Shown here: positions 48,800 to 61,263 of the stretch, in pieces
How positions within the stretch are numbered: position 1 is the stretch's first letter
Layout of the letters: each line of letters begins with the position of its first letter
Source: Marsupella aquatica
Lineage: Eukaryota; Plantae; Marchantiophyta
Assembly: GCA_973895155.1 (NCBI GenBank)
Contig: OZ316897.1
Coordinates: 23,225,455-23,289,454 of the forward strand
Reading direction: 5' to 3'
Length of the DNA: 64,000 nt
Program-made: the position numbers and the translations under genes
The notes under the pieces: generated by a model
The model's input: the letters and a program-made list of their open reading frames with translations, nothing else
Told to the model about the DNA's origin: nothing
Database searches by the model: none

Positions 48800-51700
48800 G
48801 CTCTTCCAATAATGGAGGTGAATGACACTTGGATGGAGGATGCGACGGGGGACACACCCCGGCGTAGGAAGGGCGAACAGGCTTTTCGGGAGGGACACAA
48901 TTTCTCTCCGGGTGGACGGGCACGTATCTAGGAAAATAGGATCATTGGCTCCTTGGTTGCGGTTCACACAACATGATGAGAACTGTACGCATTGTAACAT
49001 GGAATGTTTGTGGCTTATGCAAGCCAAACCGAAAAAACATCGTTAAAAATTGGATTGAAGGCCGCAGAGAGAAGATTGATATCATGGCGCTACAAGAAAT
49101 CAAGGCCGACCAATTCCGGCTTGATATCGCTCTAAGAGCAATACTACCACTATACCAGCACTTAACATCTGCCCCGGATGAGGGCAGAGGAGGCTCTGCC
49201 CTGCAACTGCATCCGGACCTTAAGATTGTAGCACGGGGAGTTGTTGATTTGGGTAGAGTTGTGTGGGCACGGATTGAGGTTGACGACATCACTTTTGGCA
49301 TTGTAAGCATTTACACACCTAATTCCCCTTGCCAGAGGGCGGGCCTATGGCATGAGCTGAAGCAACTCCTCCCCTAGGGAGACTGGATTCTAGGGGGTGA
49401 TTTCAACATGACGGAACTTCGAGAAGATTCTACGGGAATTTCTCCTCTGATTAAGGGACGAGAAGCAGAGTTCTGGCGCTTCTTGAGAGTCAGATTGGAC
49501 TTGGTCGATGCTATAAGGATTAAAGGAGAAGCCATGGGCGCACATTTCACCGCAGGTTCAGGAATACGGGAACAGTGCAGTCAAGACTGGATAGATTTTA
49601 TTTCAGCGGAAAAGGAGAATGGATAGAAGAACTCACGGAATTGATTCATGATGGGGGATCTACGCTTTCGGATCACGACCCAGTGGTGATAATAATTGGA
49701 CTGGGAGAGCGGACGAACAACACTCCCCTCCTTAGGGGGGCAGTTTTGTTCAAGGCCGATCCTACAGTGGTCAGATACCAGGAAAATTTGATTGCTCTAG
49801 AGGGCGCATGGAACGCTGGAAAGGGAGGATGCATGGAGCCGTTGCTGGCGTTCGATCGAGCTAGTAGTAGGATGCGCCAGATGTATAGGATGAAACAGAG
49901 CTCCCCAAAAGAACGGGCGGAAGAGATGAGGGTGCTGCAAAATAAGCTACGGGAATGCAAGGAGGCTTTACTGGATGCCCATTCGGAGGATGATCTGAGA
50001 ACGTATGTCGAAGCAGAAGATCTTTTGCATGTTGCTGAATTAGAAGAAGCACATATAAGTAGACATCATGCCAGGATCAAATGGCTGGGTGAAGGGGATG
50101 AGCCCACCCGTTTTTATTTTGCTATAGTGAAAGCTAAGAGAAGCAGGGAGGCCATGAGGACTCTGTCAACGGAGGGAGGAGGTACTATTAATGAGCCGAT
50201 GGCTATTCTTCAGGAAGTGATATGACACTGTAAAGAACTATATGCCCCCCCTCCTCTTACAACCGGGGAGCACCGAGAGCGGCTGAGAGCAAGGAGCACC
50301 CTCCTAGCTCACACTAGACATACAGTAACCATATCAGATTTGAATAGGATGGAAGCATTGCCCACTAGCGAGGAAATCAAGCAAACTCTCTGGCTACTGC
50401 CGTCGGATAAAGCCCCAGGCCCGGATGGTATGACTGCTGAGGTTTATCGGGCCTATTGGGAGTTTATGGGAGTGGACATAGTGGCAATGATACATGTTTT
50501 CTGGCTGACAGGTAAACTGGCTGCAGGAGTGAAAGATGGGATTATTAAATTTATTCCGAAGAAGCCGGATAAACGTTTCTTGAAGGACTGGAGACCCCTG
50601 ACTATGTTGAACACGATTTACAAGCTTATTGCTAAGATCTTGGCCAATAGATTGAAGCTGGTTCTAGTTAAGCTCATCAACGTACAGCAGACAGGGTTCA
50701 TCCCGGGCAGGAATATTTTGGAGAACATTTCGCTTGCCTGGCTAACATGTGATTGGGTTAAGAACAGGAAAGTGGAATCCCTGTTTCTTAAGTTGGACTT
50801 TGAGAAGGCCTTTGATAGAGTAGATCATGAGTACATTTGGGAATCAATGCATCTGCTAGGGATTGGCAGCAACTTTATCAGGTTGGTACAGGAATTACTA
50901 AGGGACTCATCTTCGCGAATACAGGTTAACGGTTTGCTGTCAGAACCGATGGGCGTGGAGCGGGGCGTTAGACAGGGCTGCCCGCTTTCACCCTTACTGT
51001 TCGTTATCTCCACTCAACCACTCATGGATCTCATGGATGCTGAGCTTGAGGCGGGAAGATTACTGGGGATCAAAATCACGGATGAGCTAACAATATGCTA
51101 TAGGTTATTTGCGGATGACATGGGGATGTTTATCCCTGCCACTTTGAGGAGCTTTACAATGGCCACAACTGTTTTGCATTGCTATGAAACAGCAACTGGT
51201 GCAAAACTCAACCTGCGGAAATCCATTGTCATCCCACTATCACTGGATACTATACCAAGGTGGCTGTCAAATACAGGTTGCGTGATTAGTCACAAAGGAG
51301 AGCTACAGAAGTACCTGGGTGCTCCCCTGGGGGTAGACTTGAAGACGGAGCAACTGCATAGATTTGTTCTAGATAAAATCGGCATGCGCTTATCCTCCTG
51401 GGCAAATAAACTTTTGTCCTTTTCAGGGCGGGCACTTCTGGTGAGACATTTTACAGGCTATTCCTATTTACCACTCCATGTTCCTAAGAGCGTCTGAGGG
51501 ACTTGCGAAGAAAATGATTGCGCTGTGCCGGGACTTTTTATGGGGATACAACTCGGAGGGGGGCAAGAGGATCCCTCTTGTTTCTTGGGCCAGAATGGCC
51601 AGACCTAGGATGGAGGGGGGACTCGGGCTGAAAGACTTCCGCAGCCACTCTGACGCTCTGTTAGCCAAATGGTTCACTGGAGCTCTAGATTGCCCGGAGA

Positions 51701-53100
51701 CGGAATGGGCCTCTCTCTTTGCAGAAAATCTCAAAATAGTGCGCTGGATGAATTATAAGTGGATACGCTGGAACAAGTACTCCTTTCAGGATAAGATGTT
51801 GTTATGCAGCCCTCGGTCCTTCAATGGACTGGCATATACTGGAGGACTGTGGAAGGCGTGGGTACAACTTTGTTCCCACCTGATATTTGCACCCACTGTT
51901 ATGATACCTGGTAGGTGGAATATCATGGACACTATACGCTGTCTCATTGGTTTCCAATCCTGGCCCAACACAAATTTTGCTGTGGTCACTGTGCTGTGTG
52001 GCCGAATGGGCATCAGAGGCATTCAGGATTTATGGTCTGCTGAACAGAATGAGTGGCGTAATCTGAATGAGCAACTAGAACACCTTCAAGGCTTTACTCC
52101 GCTTGAGAAAACTTGCTGCAGGGAGTTCTTACAGAAGGTCAGTGCTATAGATGGTTGCAGGATGAACTATGTTACTGGTTCCCGATGCTGGAGATGGGCT
52201 GACAGACCTGATACTATCAATACTTTTAGGATATCCAATCTAAGGGCATACATGTTGATTCGCCCCCCCCATCAGAGACTACGACAGCCTGAATCACACT
52301 TGGGGTAGCTTGAAAACGGAAGGTGAATGGAATGCTGGGTGGAGTGGACTGTGGCGCTCTGACCTTTCCTCCCGTGCTAAGACTTTTCTTTGGAGAATAT
52401 TGGCTTCAGGTCTCTTTACCGGTGTTCGAGCAAGACGCATTGATAAAGGAGAAGGGCACTGTAAACTGTGTAGTGGAGAAATAGAAACTATCCCCCATCT
52501 TTTTGCACAGTGCGTTCATGCCAAGAGATGTTGGTCACTTGCTGCCACTTGTTTTTCAGGAACCTTTACAGATTACTCGGGTAGACTACTAGATCTACTG
52601 ATTCTCACAACATCGAAGGACCCTAACACAGTAGCCAAACTATTTATTCTCTATCAGATCCTTTGGTCTTTATGGCAGAGCAGGAATGTACACATGTTTC
52701 AGGCCAATGGCTTTAGGACATTTGATCTTTGCTTTACCCTCTCAGAGGCTGTTGACCATGCATCGGCGGTGGGCCTGTGTTTACCCCCGAGCAGATGACA
52801 CACACGATTGTTACGAGTGAAGGAGATCCTTATTCAGGAAAGATTAGTGTGGCTTAACAGCCGGCAGACTTGGATCACATCTAGATAGGAACTATGCTGG
52901 CCAATGGGGAATGCAGTACTTGAGCTCTACTTTCACCTGGTGTGGATCACTGTTTTCGTGGTGGACAGCCTAGTCTCTAGGCTTTCATCACATGTTGTTG
53001 TTTCCGCTCTTCAGGCGGGGTGGTTGATTGTGTGTTGCGGGTCACTTTCCTGTTTTCCTTGCCACGGGGTTTTCGTGGTCACTAATAAATTAAGAAAAAA
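48800..53100 (+). mobile_element. Degenerate L1-type LINE (ORF2: AP endonuclease, reverse transcriptase, zf-RVT); 5' boundary approximate
   Basis: IVTWNVCGL, LQEIK, GGDFNM, SRLDRFY, SDHDP, KAPGPDG, WRPLTMLN, KLDFEKAFDRV, GVRQGCPLSP, LFADD, KYLG, CKLC...ETIPHLFAQC. Stops and frameshifts throughout. Ends aataaattaagaaaaaa at ~53084-53100. Confidence 0.93.
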
Positions 53101-54769
53101 CATTTCCAAGGAATAATTATGCATGGTTGTGGCAATTCAGGGAGTACTCTCAATGCATTGAAACCACCAATTTCAGAGGCAGATTGTTCTGAGGGAGTCT
53201 TGCTTGAGCAGAGCAACCCAGACTTCCATTGGGGCCTTGAGTTCTCCAGAGTTGATTTTGATTATCTTAGCACAACAAAGAGACGGGAACCCGTGTTGTG
53301 CATAAAGGTCAGAACGTCAGAAGGGGAGACTCTTGTAATTGGACCTGTAGTCTTCGTTGGAATTGAAGGAAGGGGATTTGTTTCCGTCATTCTTGAGCTC
53401 CATGAAAGAATAAGGTGGGTTAAACTTCATCTTCCGTCAAAGGCATATTCCTCCGAGTTCAATATTGAGTGGTCTGCTGTTGGAGAACTTGGCGTGTTGT
53501 CAATGGGATTTTTCCCAAAATCATATTCAGCTCAGAAAGTTATTGCAGGGGTGAAGGGGATTCTTCCACTCGACATCATGTATGGCTTCCAATATGTGAA
53601 GCTAAATATCCATAAAAACCAAGGGAATTACACAATCCCGGTTACATGGGTTTTAAATAATCTGCTTGACAAGGCAGGTTTACTATCTTCAGAGTTAAGT
53701 GTTTGGCTTGACAGGAACATTGCATTTGATGAGGAGTTTGTGATGGATAATGCAAAAAAGTGGATAAATTCATTACCCAAGCCGACAAATGTTCCACCAG
53801 TAGCGGTGAAAGAGCTTCCACTAGTAGTTGTGAACACGGAAGTTCCCAAGCCACCAAAGTATCCCAGGAGACAACAGGGACTGCAAGAACAACAGCTGGG
53901 ACCGCAGGAACAACAACTGGAACAAGCACCAAAAGAGTGGTAGGGAAGCGGAGAAAAAGAGAGAGCAAGGAGCACGAGAAAATTGAGACACTGCCAAAGG
54001 AACCCGAGAAGAAGCCAGTAGGGAAGAAGAAACAGAAGACTGACAAGTCTATCATGCAGTCAACCCCTGCAGAAGTACAGATGCTCCCAGAAGATGAGGG
54101 AGACAAACTTGATGCCCCTGAGGAGAAGAAGGTCTTAGAAGGAAATGATGTTCTCCAAAGAATAGAGCAGTACTATACTTTTGGGATAAATGAACTGTTT
54201 TCTATTCCAGTGGAGAAAATTATGCCTGCACCAGCAAGATTATGTTACAGAATGCTCAATAGTACCCATGTGAAGCACATAGCCGAATCCATGGTCAAAA
54301 ACCCTGGACATGAACCTCATGTTGCAGACCTGCTTCCTTACAATCCAAAGCTTAGAAAGTTGCTCCATTTTGATAGCACGGAGAACGACCGCAAAGACTT
54401 TCTTGCAGGTGTGAAGAAAGGCGAGATTGGTTTCTTTGCCATCAGCGGGCAACATTCGGCTAGGGCGGCCAAGTGGGTTATCGAATGGGCCAAAACTGAT
54501 GCCAAGCTCACAGTGTTGGCAAAAAAGTTAAAATACAAGAAGTCTAGATTATTGTCAGACCTTACACCATCGGCTATATTAGTTGAGCACTCAATGAGAT
54601 CAAATGCCATCAATTCGACGATGGTGTTTCAATCGTGCTTCAAAGATACAATTGTTCATGCAAGGAAACAATTCATTGAATGCAGAGCACCAAGAAAGCC
54701 AAAGCACGGGGACAACAAGTCAAACGCCCAAGACAATCAGAAATTTCAGGTGAGAAACGTATTTTCTTG

Positions 54770-55120
54770 TTTGGATAGAGATGGTCTCTGTCCAAGAGTG
54801 TGACCGCCCGTTACACTGATTTTAGTTCAATATATTTTTTGGTTATGACTTGGATGGAGATGATCTTTGTCCAAGAGAGAGACCGTCCGTTACATTGATT
54901 TTAGTTCAACACATGTTTTGGTTATGACTTGGATGGAGATGGTCTCTGTCCAAGAGTGAGACCGTCCGTTTCAAAGATTTTACTTCATTCTACTTTTGGT
55001 TTTGACTTGGATGGAGATGGTCTCTGTCCAAGAGTGTGACCGTCCGTTCTAGAGATTTTACTTCATTCTACTTTTGGTTTTGACTTGGATGGAGATGGTC
55101 TCTGTCCAAGAGTGTGACTT
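54770..55120. repeat. ~63-80-bp tandem repeats inside the predicted intron, each with a palindrome variant TTGGATGGAGATGGTCTCTGTCCAA
   Basis: Five units visible between donor 54750 and acceptor 55169. Confidence 0.9.
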
Positions 55121-57818
55121 TTGGTTTATTTAGATAACTCATAACATTCCCCCCAATTTTTGATTGCAGGATTATTTAGCACTGGCAAGGATGACCATGG
55201 GGAGAAAAGCCTTGAAAAATGTATACTGGTTGCTTTTTGCCCAGAATGATCTTTTTGAGTTATGGCAGTTAGTGTGCCAGATGTGGATTGATGGAAATCT
55301 TCCTGATGGAGCTGGTACACAAGGAAACAAAAGGTCTGAAAAGGCAATAACAGTCGCAATGTTTCATTGTTTTGATGGTAAAATCTCAAATAGAGATTTG
55401 ACCAAAATTTTGAGCAAGGTGAAGTCAGGTCAGGTTTTATTGAAGAAGGATCCGACAAATAAGTCAGATGTTCCAACGATGGAGGAGTTTGCAAAGGAGG
55501 TGAAGATATTGATCAAATTGAAGTCTCTTATTGGAGATTACTACTTCAAGAAGGATCCAAAAAACTTCCCAGCAGATACTCAATGGGTTAAAGTAATTGA
55601 GGTCCTCCCATTGTTAAGTGCCGAGTCAGAGTTGAACAGGTGCCGAAGAGCGGCTGGTGAAGTATGGTTGACAAATTTATTGAAGTCTAATCATACAAAG
55701 GAGAGTGAGATATTGCCAATGACATTGGTGATGCGTCTAGATGATATTTACTGTCAGAAGTTTGGCGGTGGGACAAGTTCTCGGACCCAACCGTGGGTCA
55801 CATTTTTTAGTAACAACCTAATGAAGACAGTGGATCTGGAGTCGTTGGAAGAACAATCTCCAACATGCCCTCTTGCGATTGTTGATTTCAGCCAACTTCA
55901 ACAGAAGGAGTGGACTGAAGCAGAGATTTTGGTCCTCTTCCAATATATAGTAGAGCTACCACGGAATCCCACCATTGTTGTGATGATAACTGTCCATCCG
56001 GGTTATCTTGTACTGAATGTCCTAAGCGCTCTTCGTAAATTAGGACATTCAAAAACTTTAAGCATTCACATTGAGTATGGGAGTTATTCTCGAGATGATC
56101 AACCTCACCCTCATGACTCATGTTGGAAGGGAGGAATAGAAGAAGTTATCTTTGCCAGAATTTCTCGCAAAGAAAATGTCAGCTGGGATGAAGTGTTCAA
56201 GCCCAACCAAATGAAGCCAAAATGGGTGTATGGTGAAAAGGATACTGATTTTGTCGTTGAGAAGATCAAAGGGAATGGAACGGCGAAGGGAAAGAACACG
56301 GACGAGGAGTCAATGGATGAAGATCTACGAATTGTGATGACCCTAGAAGAGGCGACAATACTTCTGCACATGGCACCTCGATTTGAGACTGTTGGGGCTC
56401 GCGGTGGATGGGTGAATCCTCATGCCAAACCCACCCGGATGATCCAAAAGATCATCCAAACATTATCCGAACCAGGGGATTTGATTCTTGACTTTTTCTC
56501 TGGCGGTCAAGTGATAAAGACATCCCTTTTTTCTCAACGTGAATGTTTTGTTTATTGTGACTCTCAACATGAGAGACATTTTTTGGAAGCATACGCTTCG
56601 TTCCTTTGCGAGAGGGTTCCCACCATCAAAGATCGTTATGATTGCTATGTTGGTGGATGTTCTAGACATTGGGAACCCTCTTCTGCCGCTGTTGCTATTC
56701 ATGATGAATCAGATGGTGATCAAGAAGATGGAGCTGACCAATCAGTCAAAGGTGATGGGCCATCGGAGGGTGCATATGTGAAGAATTTGGATGACCGAGT
56801 TGGCGAGGGTGAAGATATTGACCTTGTGGAAGACGACATGATTGTTGGATCTGCACCTTGTAGTTCACCAATTACAGATGTTGCCCCCATGGGCCCCAAC
56901 GAGGGCCAGTTTGATGATAACTTGGATAGAGATGGTCTCCATCCACAAGTGCCTGGACAAGAGATGGAGAAAATGAGAGAATCAGAAGTTGATACATTTG
57001 AGAAACTTTCTTCAAACAACCTTCTCAATCAAGGTGCGGAGAGGCATGGTGAGTCCAATGAACTTGACACATTGGGATTGAGAGCAGAGACCATCCAAGT
57101 ACCTGACATTCCCGTCAATGAAGCAAGTGCATCCACGACTGCTGACAACCAGGCAGGTGCTTCAATTTGTCCCAATACACTCTTTTCCGCTTCTGATGAC
57201 AAATTAGTGTTTGTTCGGTCACAATCAAGAAGTCCTGTTATCCTTCCGATCTCAAAAAAGAAAGGAAAGAGAGTAGCATCAATGGGATATAAGTCACTTG
57301 AATATGATTGCCGATGTTACGTGTGGAAAAGTGGACCAGATGTAGGAACCGAAGTACCGTTGGATGCTGCTCAATCAATTTTGAACAATGACTTACAAAA
57401 AGCATAAGAAAGATCCAGCTTATAGAAGCGGAGAATTGGGATTGATGACTCCAGTTTGGTCTGCACCTTATTGGGTAGAGGAGAGTACCTCCGATGTCAA
57501 TTATGAGATCCAACAGGAGCTCGATGATGATATCTTGATTGATGAATATGGATCTCATTGTTAGCCAAGGGCTAAGATTTAGCCATGTGACCTTATCAAT
57601 TTGATATAATATAGTCTGTATAATTATACTTCAAGCGCGCCTAACAATTAGAGCATAAGTATCAATATCCATTTCCTTGTTACGGTTGCTCAATGAATAC
57701 GGTCAGTATGCAGATTTTCTTTGTGGTTGGCCACTTGTGTTTTTTGGATGGAGACAATCTCTATCCAAACTTCAAATGTGGTTTTCTCTCTAAGATTGGT
57801 ATTTGTTGCACTTGCAGA

Positions 57819-58850
57819 ACCAAGACCTTCCATCAAGCGCAAATTGCTGATTTTGGATCTTAACAAAATACTTTGGGATTCGGTTGAATTCCAAAGCAAG
57901 GGCAAATCCAGAAATGTTGTGACCCCAAGTGGAGTGCATTGGGATAGAAAAAATGGAATTAGTCGCATGTATACAGAAAGGCCAGGGCTCCATGAGTTTC
58001 TAAAGTTGGTTTTTGACCAATTTGATGTTGCGATTTGGACATGTGCTGGGGTACAGCGAACAGTGAAAATGTTGAACATGATGTTCATCGTTGAAGAGCG
58101 GTTGAAACTTAAGTTTGTATTCACACACGTGGAAGCCTTTGACACAGGCATTCAAAGGCGTGACATTACAAACGGAAAGGCAAATGTGCTACTGAAGGAT
58201 TTTCGGGTGGTATGGAGTGGATTTGGAAATCTATATGATGAAACCAACACCCTCCTTGTGGATGACTCCCCCCTTAAGGCATTTGCCAACCCAAGATTCA
58301 CCGGACTATTTCCAGTGCCCTACACGCATGCCAATCGTGGAGATAATTTTCTTCTAAAAATTCTTTGGCCTTGTCTTGAGAAACTATCACATGCAAGTGA
58401 CATTAGATGTTATCTTCTTCTGAACTCTCCACTGTGGTCTCTATTGAACATAAAGAGAGACAAGGTAAAAAATGAAATTACTTATGATCAACTTAGTAAG
58501 AGATGTGCAACAAAAATTTGGAAGTCACAGTTTACGCATAGTGTGTTGGACCTCAATAGCAATGAGATTCCTTGGAATGTGAAGCATCGTATATGTAGTT
58601 TACGTACTGAGGCAGAACTTGACGATGCACTTGTCACCTCACTTGCTAAAGCATTTGTAGGATGAGACTATTCAGGTCCGTATAGAGAAAATCCCAGACA
58701 CTTTTTGCGGGAGATTATAGCCATTAGGAACAACACCACCAAGTTTCAGCTCCCTGAAGATAAAGGGACTTGCAACTGTGACAATAGGGTAGATAGTAAA
58801 GGAGACAGGGGCACGTGCTCAAATACACATTGTAAGGAGCACTTTGTTTA
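57819..58850 (+). pseudogene. FCP1/SCP-like (NIF, HAD-superfamily) phosphatase-domain cargo ORF
   Basis: KRKLLILDLNKIL; ERPGLHEFL...FDVAIWT; KDF; NTLLVDDSPLKAFANP. Acceptor ttgcag at ~57813-57818. TGA at 58663-58665 is followed by an open Cys-rich frame to 58850, so it is probably a premature stop. Confidence 0.75.
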
Positions 58851-61045
58851 GAGATCTGACTCATGTTAAGCCCCTTAGATAGAAGAAATACATTGTAAAT
58901 TTGGAGATAATTGTATATTATTTTATAATCTATTTGGAGTTATGTCATGATTTTGTTCACACATATTAAAGGGCTTCTTTGTGCTGAAATGTTTTCATAA
59001 GTATGATCTCTATCCTACTATTCTTTGTGAATTAATAACTAATGATCTCTATCCTATTATTCTTTGTGAATTAATAAATAATATAATATATATTATTTAT
59101 TAATATAATACTAATATGATTTGGCCTATAAAGTGTACATTTAGGGATCAAAAAGTGTACATTTGGGTTTCTTAAAGTGTACATTTGGGGACATGAAAGT
59201 GTACATTTCAAGACTGATTTGTGAACAAAAGAAAATACACTTTTAATGAATAGACTGAACTCTGTATTGTACCCTAACCCTAAATTGTATCTCACTAATT
59301 TGGAGAGTTTCTCAGACTAGCGAGATCACTAGCATAATACTGACATCATTTTGATCATTACAACTTCAACCACACAAAAACTAGTCTCCAAGTTTAATTT
59401 GTTACGGGTTAAGTCTAGAACATGTAGTCAACAGAGGAGGATTGTAACCCCTCTACTAAACCCATTTACCATCCTAGATCTTGAAGGTCTTGTGTCAAGT
59501 TTGAAAATTGAATCCCGTTTGGAGAATTCCGAAGACTAGCGAGATATTAGGGAGAATCACCTCGCTAACATTAGGGAGATTCACTCAGGTTCTTAAAGAT
59601 TACAGAAGAAGGAACCAGTTGAACTAGAACTAGTCCTATAAGGTATGGTCTAAATTGCCCCGGCTAGATCCCCTCCTGGCGCATAGAGATGAGAACACCA
59701 GCTCGATTGAAGTTACTCTATGAGGAGAAGACAATTGCAAAAGACTCCTGCTCTGAGGAGACGATGAGTGTGAAAGAACGATCAAACTGTTAGGAATGGA
59801 GATGAGCCCAAAGGTCCAAATGAGATATAGTGGATTTTGGGAGCCTCAGATCCTACAAAACGGTTTTGGGTTCCAATCCTTTCACGCTTGAATGATGCAG
59901 AAGGGTGCATTGGATTCTATCGTGACATGAGCTCTCATATTGCTGGCGCTGAAACCATTTGTTTTTGTGCTTTCTCATGAGTGCATTTTCATGTGGGTCA
60001 AGTCCGCACAAAGTATTTTGTGCAAGAATCACATATACAATTATGGCTAGCAATTTTGCTAGCCTGATGTATGTTGGAATTCTATAATGTTCAATTATGA
60101 GGCCGTGCACTCACCTTCATGATTGGGGAATACGTATTATGTACCAATAGCCCCATGCCCGTGTGTTGCACAAAAGATGTTGAGTGAGGTCAAGATGTTG
60201 AGGTGAGGGCAAGATTTTGAGTGTCTGAGGGCAAGATGTCAAGGTGAGGGCAAGATTCCGAGTGAGGACTTAATGTCGAGGTGAATTGTGGTGGGTACCC
60301 CGTCACGGGAAGTCACACATAACTGGTCACGGAGGCCTATGCATTGTTAATAACCATTGTAAATAAGCTGTTTTTTTAATTTTCGAGTTAATTCCATCCT
60401 TTCAAGTTGGTGCTGCCGGGAGGACTTTACTTTATTTTGTTTTCTTCTCAGAATTGTTCTAAACGGTCACGGCAACCTAGGGAGGGAACTCAGTCTAGTG
60501 TTTGCTTAGGGAAGTTAGCTCATAGCCAGAAGAGGGAATCAAGCCAGAGTAGTGAGGTAGAGGTGTAACACTTGCCCCAGTGAGGCAGTAGTTGGGCAGA
60601 CGGCAAGAGGCTGGGTTGTCCTTGTTACGACGTTTTGCCAAAAGATATGGATTTGGTTTGATTCCTCAAGTTTTGGTGTGGCGTTATTTTTTCGAGTTCA
60701 CGATTGTGTTCTTTCCCCAAGAAGTGTCTAAAGAATACTTGCACGGATTGGTCGACCATGTGAGTAGGGGGGGTGGTGACAGCACTCCACCAGCGACCAG
60801 TAGGAGTGTGTGTGTGGCATAGTCCATGGGACTTGATCAAAAGCAGCGGGACTAGTCGGTAGACTTGATCAAAAACTACATTTTTGGGAGCGAAAATAAA
60901 CATACTCATCCTACATGCAATAGAATCCTAATAACGTCCCTCCAAGTTCTCGTCATACGATAACAAATGATTTTAGTAGGAGTAAATACATATTTGTTGT
61001 GTAAATCGTTTGATAAGCAGGTGACATAAGTATGATCCTTGTTTT

Positions 61046-61063
61046 TGGCGCCGTTGCCGGGGA
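61046..61063 (+). promoter_or_regulatory. Primer-binding site (tRNA-Asp type, as in Athila elements)
   Basis: TGGCGCCGTTGCCGGGGA ~200 bp upstream of gag. Confidence 0.85.
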
Positions 61064-61263
61064 ACCTTCTCCTTGTTTGGTTGCAGGAGGAGGGGAGCTA
61101 CGTCTATTTGGAGCTCAAGCGTGTCAACTTGCAACGGTTGATACGTGAGAAAAAGTTACTCTGTTATTTTACGTCAACCACAACGCAACTTGCGACGGTT
61201 GATGTTTGAGGAAGATTTTTTGGTGATTTTTTTTCGTGAGCTTGGCATGCAGGTCTCAATGGG

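Larger units (their letters stand above)
43767..57407 (+). pseudogene. Predicted spliced cargo gene: ParB/Srx-like region fused to an N4C/N6A DNA-methyltransferase-like region. Exons 43767-43896, 53141-54749 (one frameshift within 53760-53943) and 55170-57407
   Basis: Phase-compatible GT-AG junctions: 43897 to 53140 (phase 1) and 54750 to 55169 (phase 0). ParB-like: IPVEKI...R.LN..HVKHIAESM...FAISGQHSARA. MTase-like: NPHAKPTRMIQKIIQTLSEPGDLILDFFSGG...RECF. Confidence 0.6.
36851..59258. mobile_element. Giant TIR DNA transposon (Sola1/DUF7869-like) with cargo genes; 22.4 kb including nested LTR-like and LINE insertions
   Basis: 25-bp TIR TCAG(C/T)CTATTCATTAAAAGTGTATT at 36851-36875 and, reverse-complemented, at 59234-59258. 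TGTACA subterminal repeats at both ends. Flanks ACTA/ACTC (possible 4-bp TSD with one mismatch). The same palindromic motif runs throughout. Confidence 0.8.

Noticed and set aside
59560-61045. 5' LTR of the Athila-like element
   Set aside because: Probably present, but no second LTR lies in the window and no CA end abuts the PBS, so boundaries cannot be supported.
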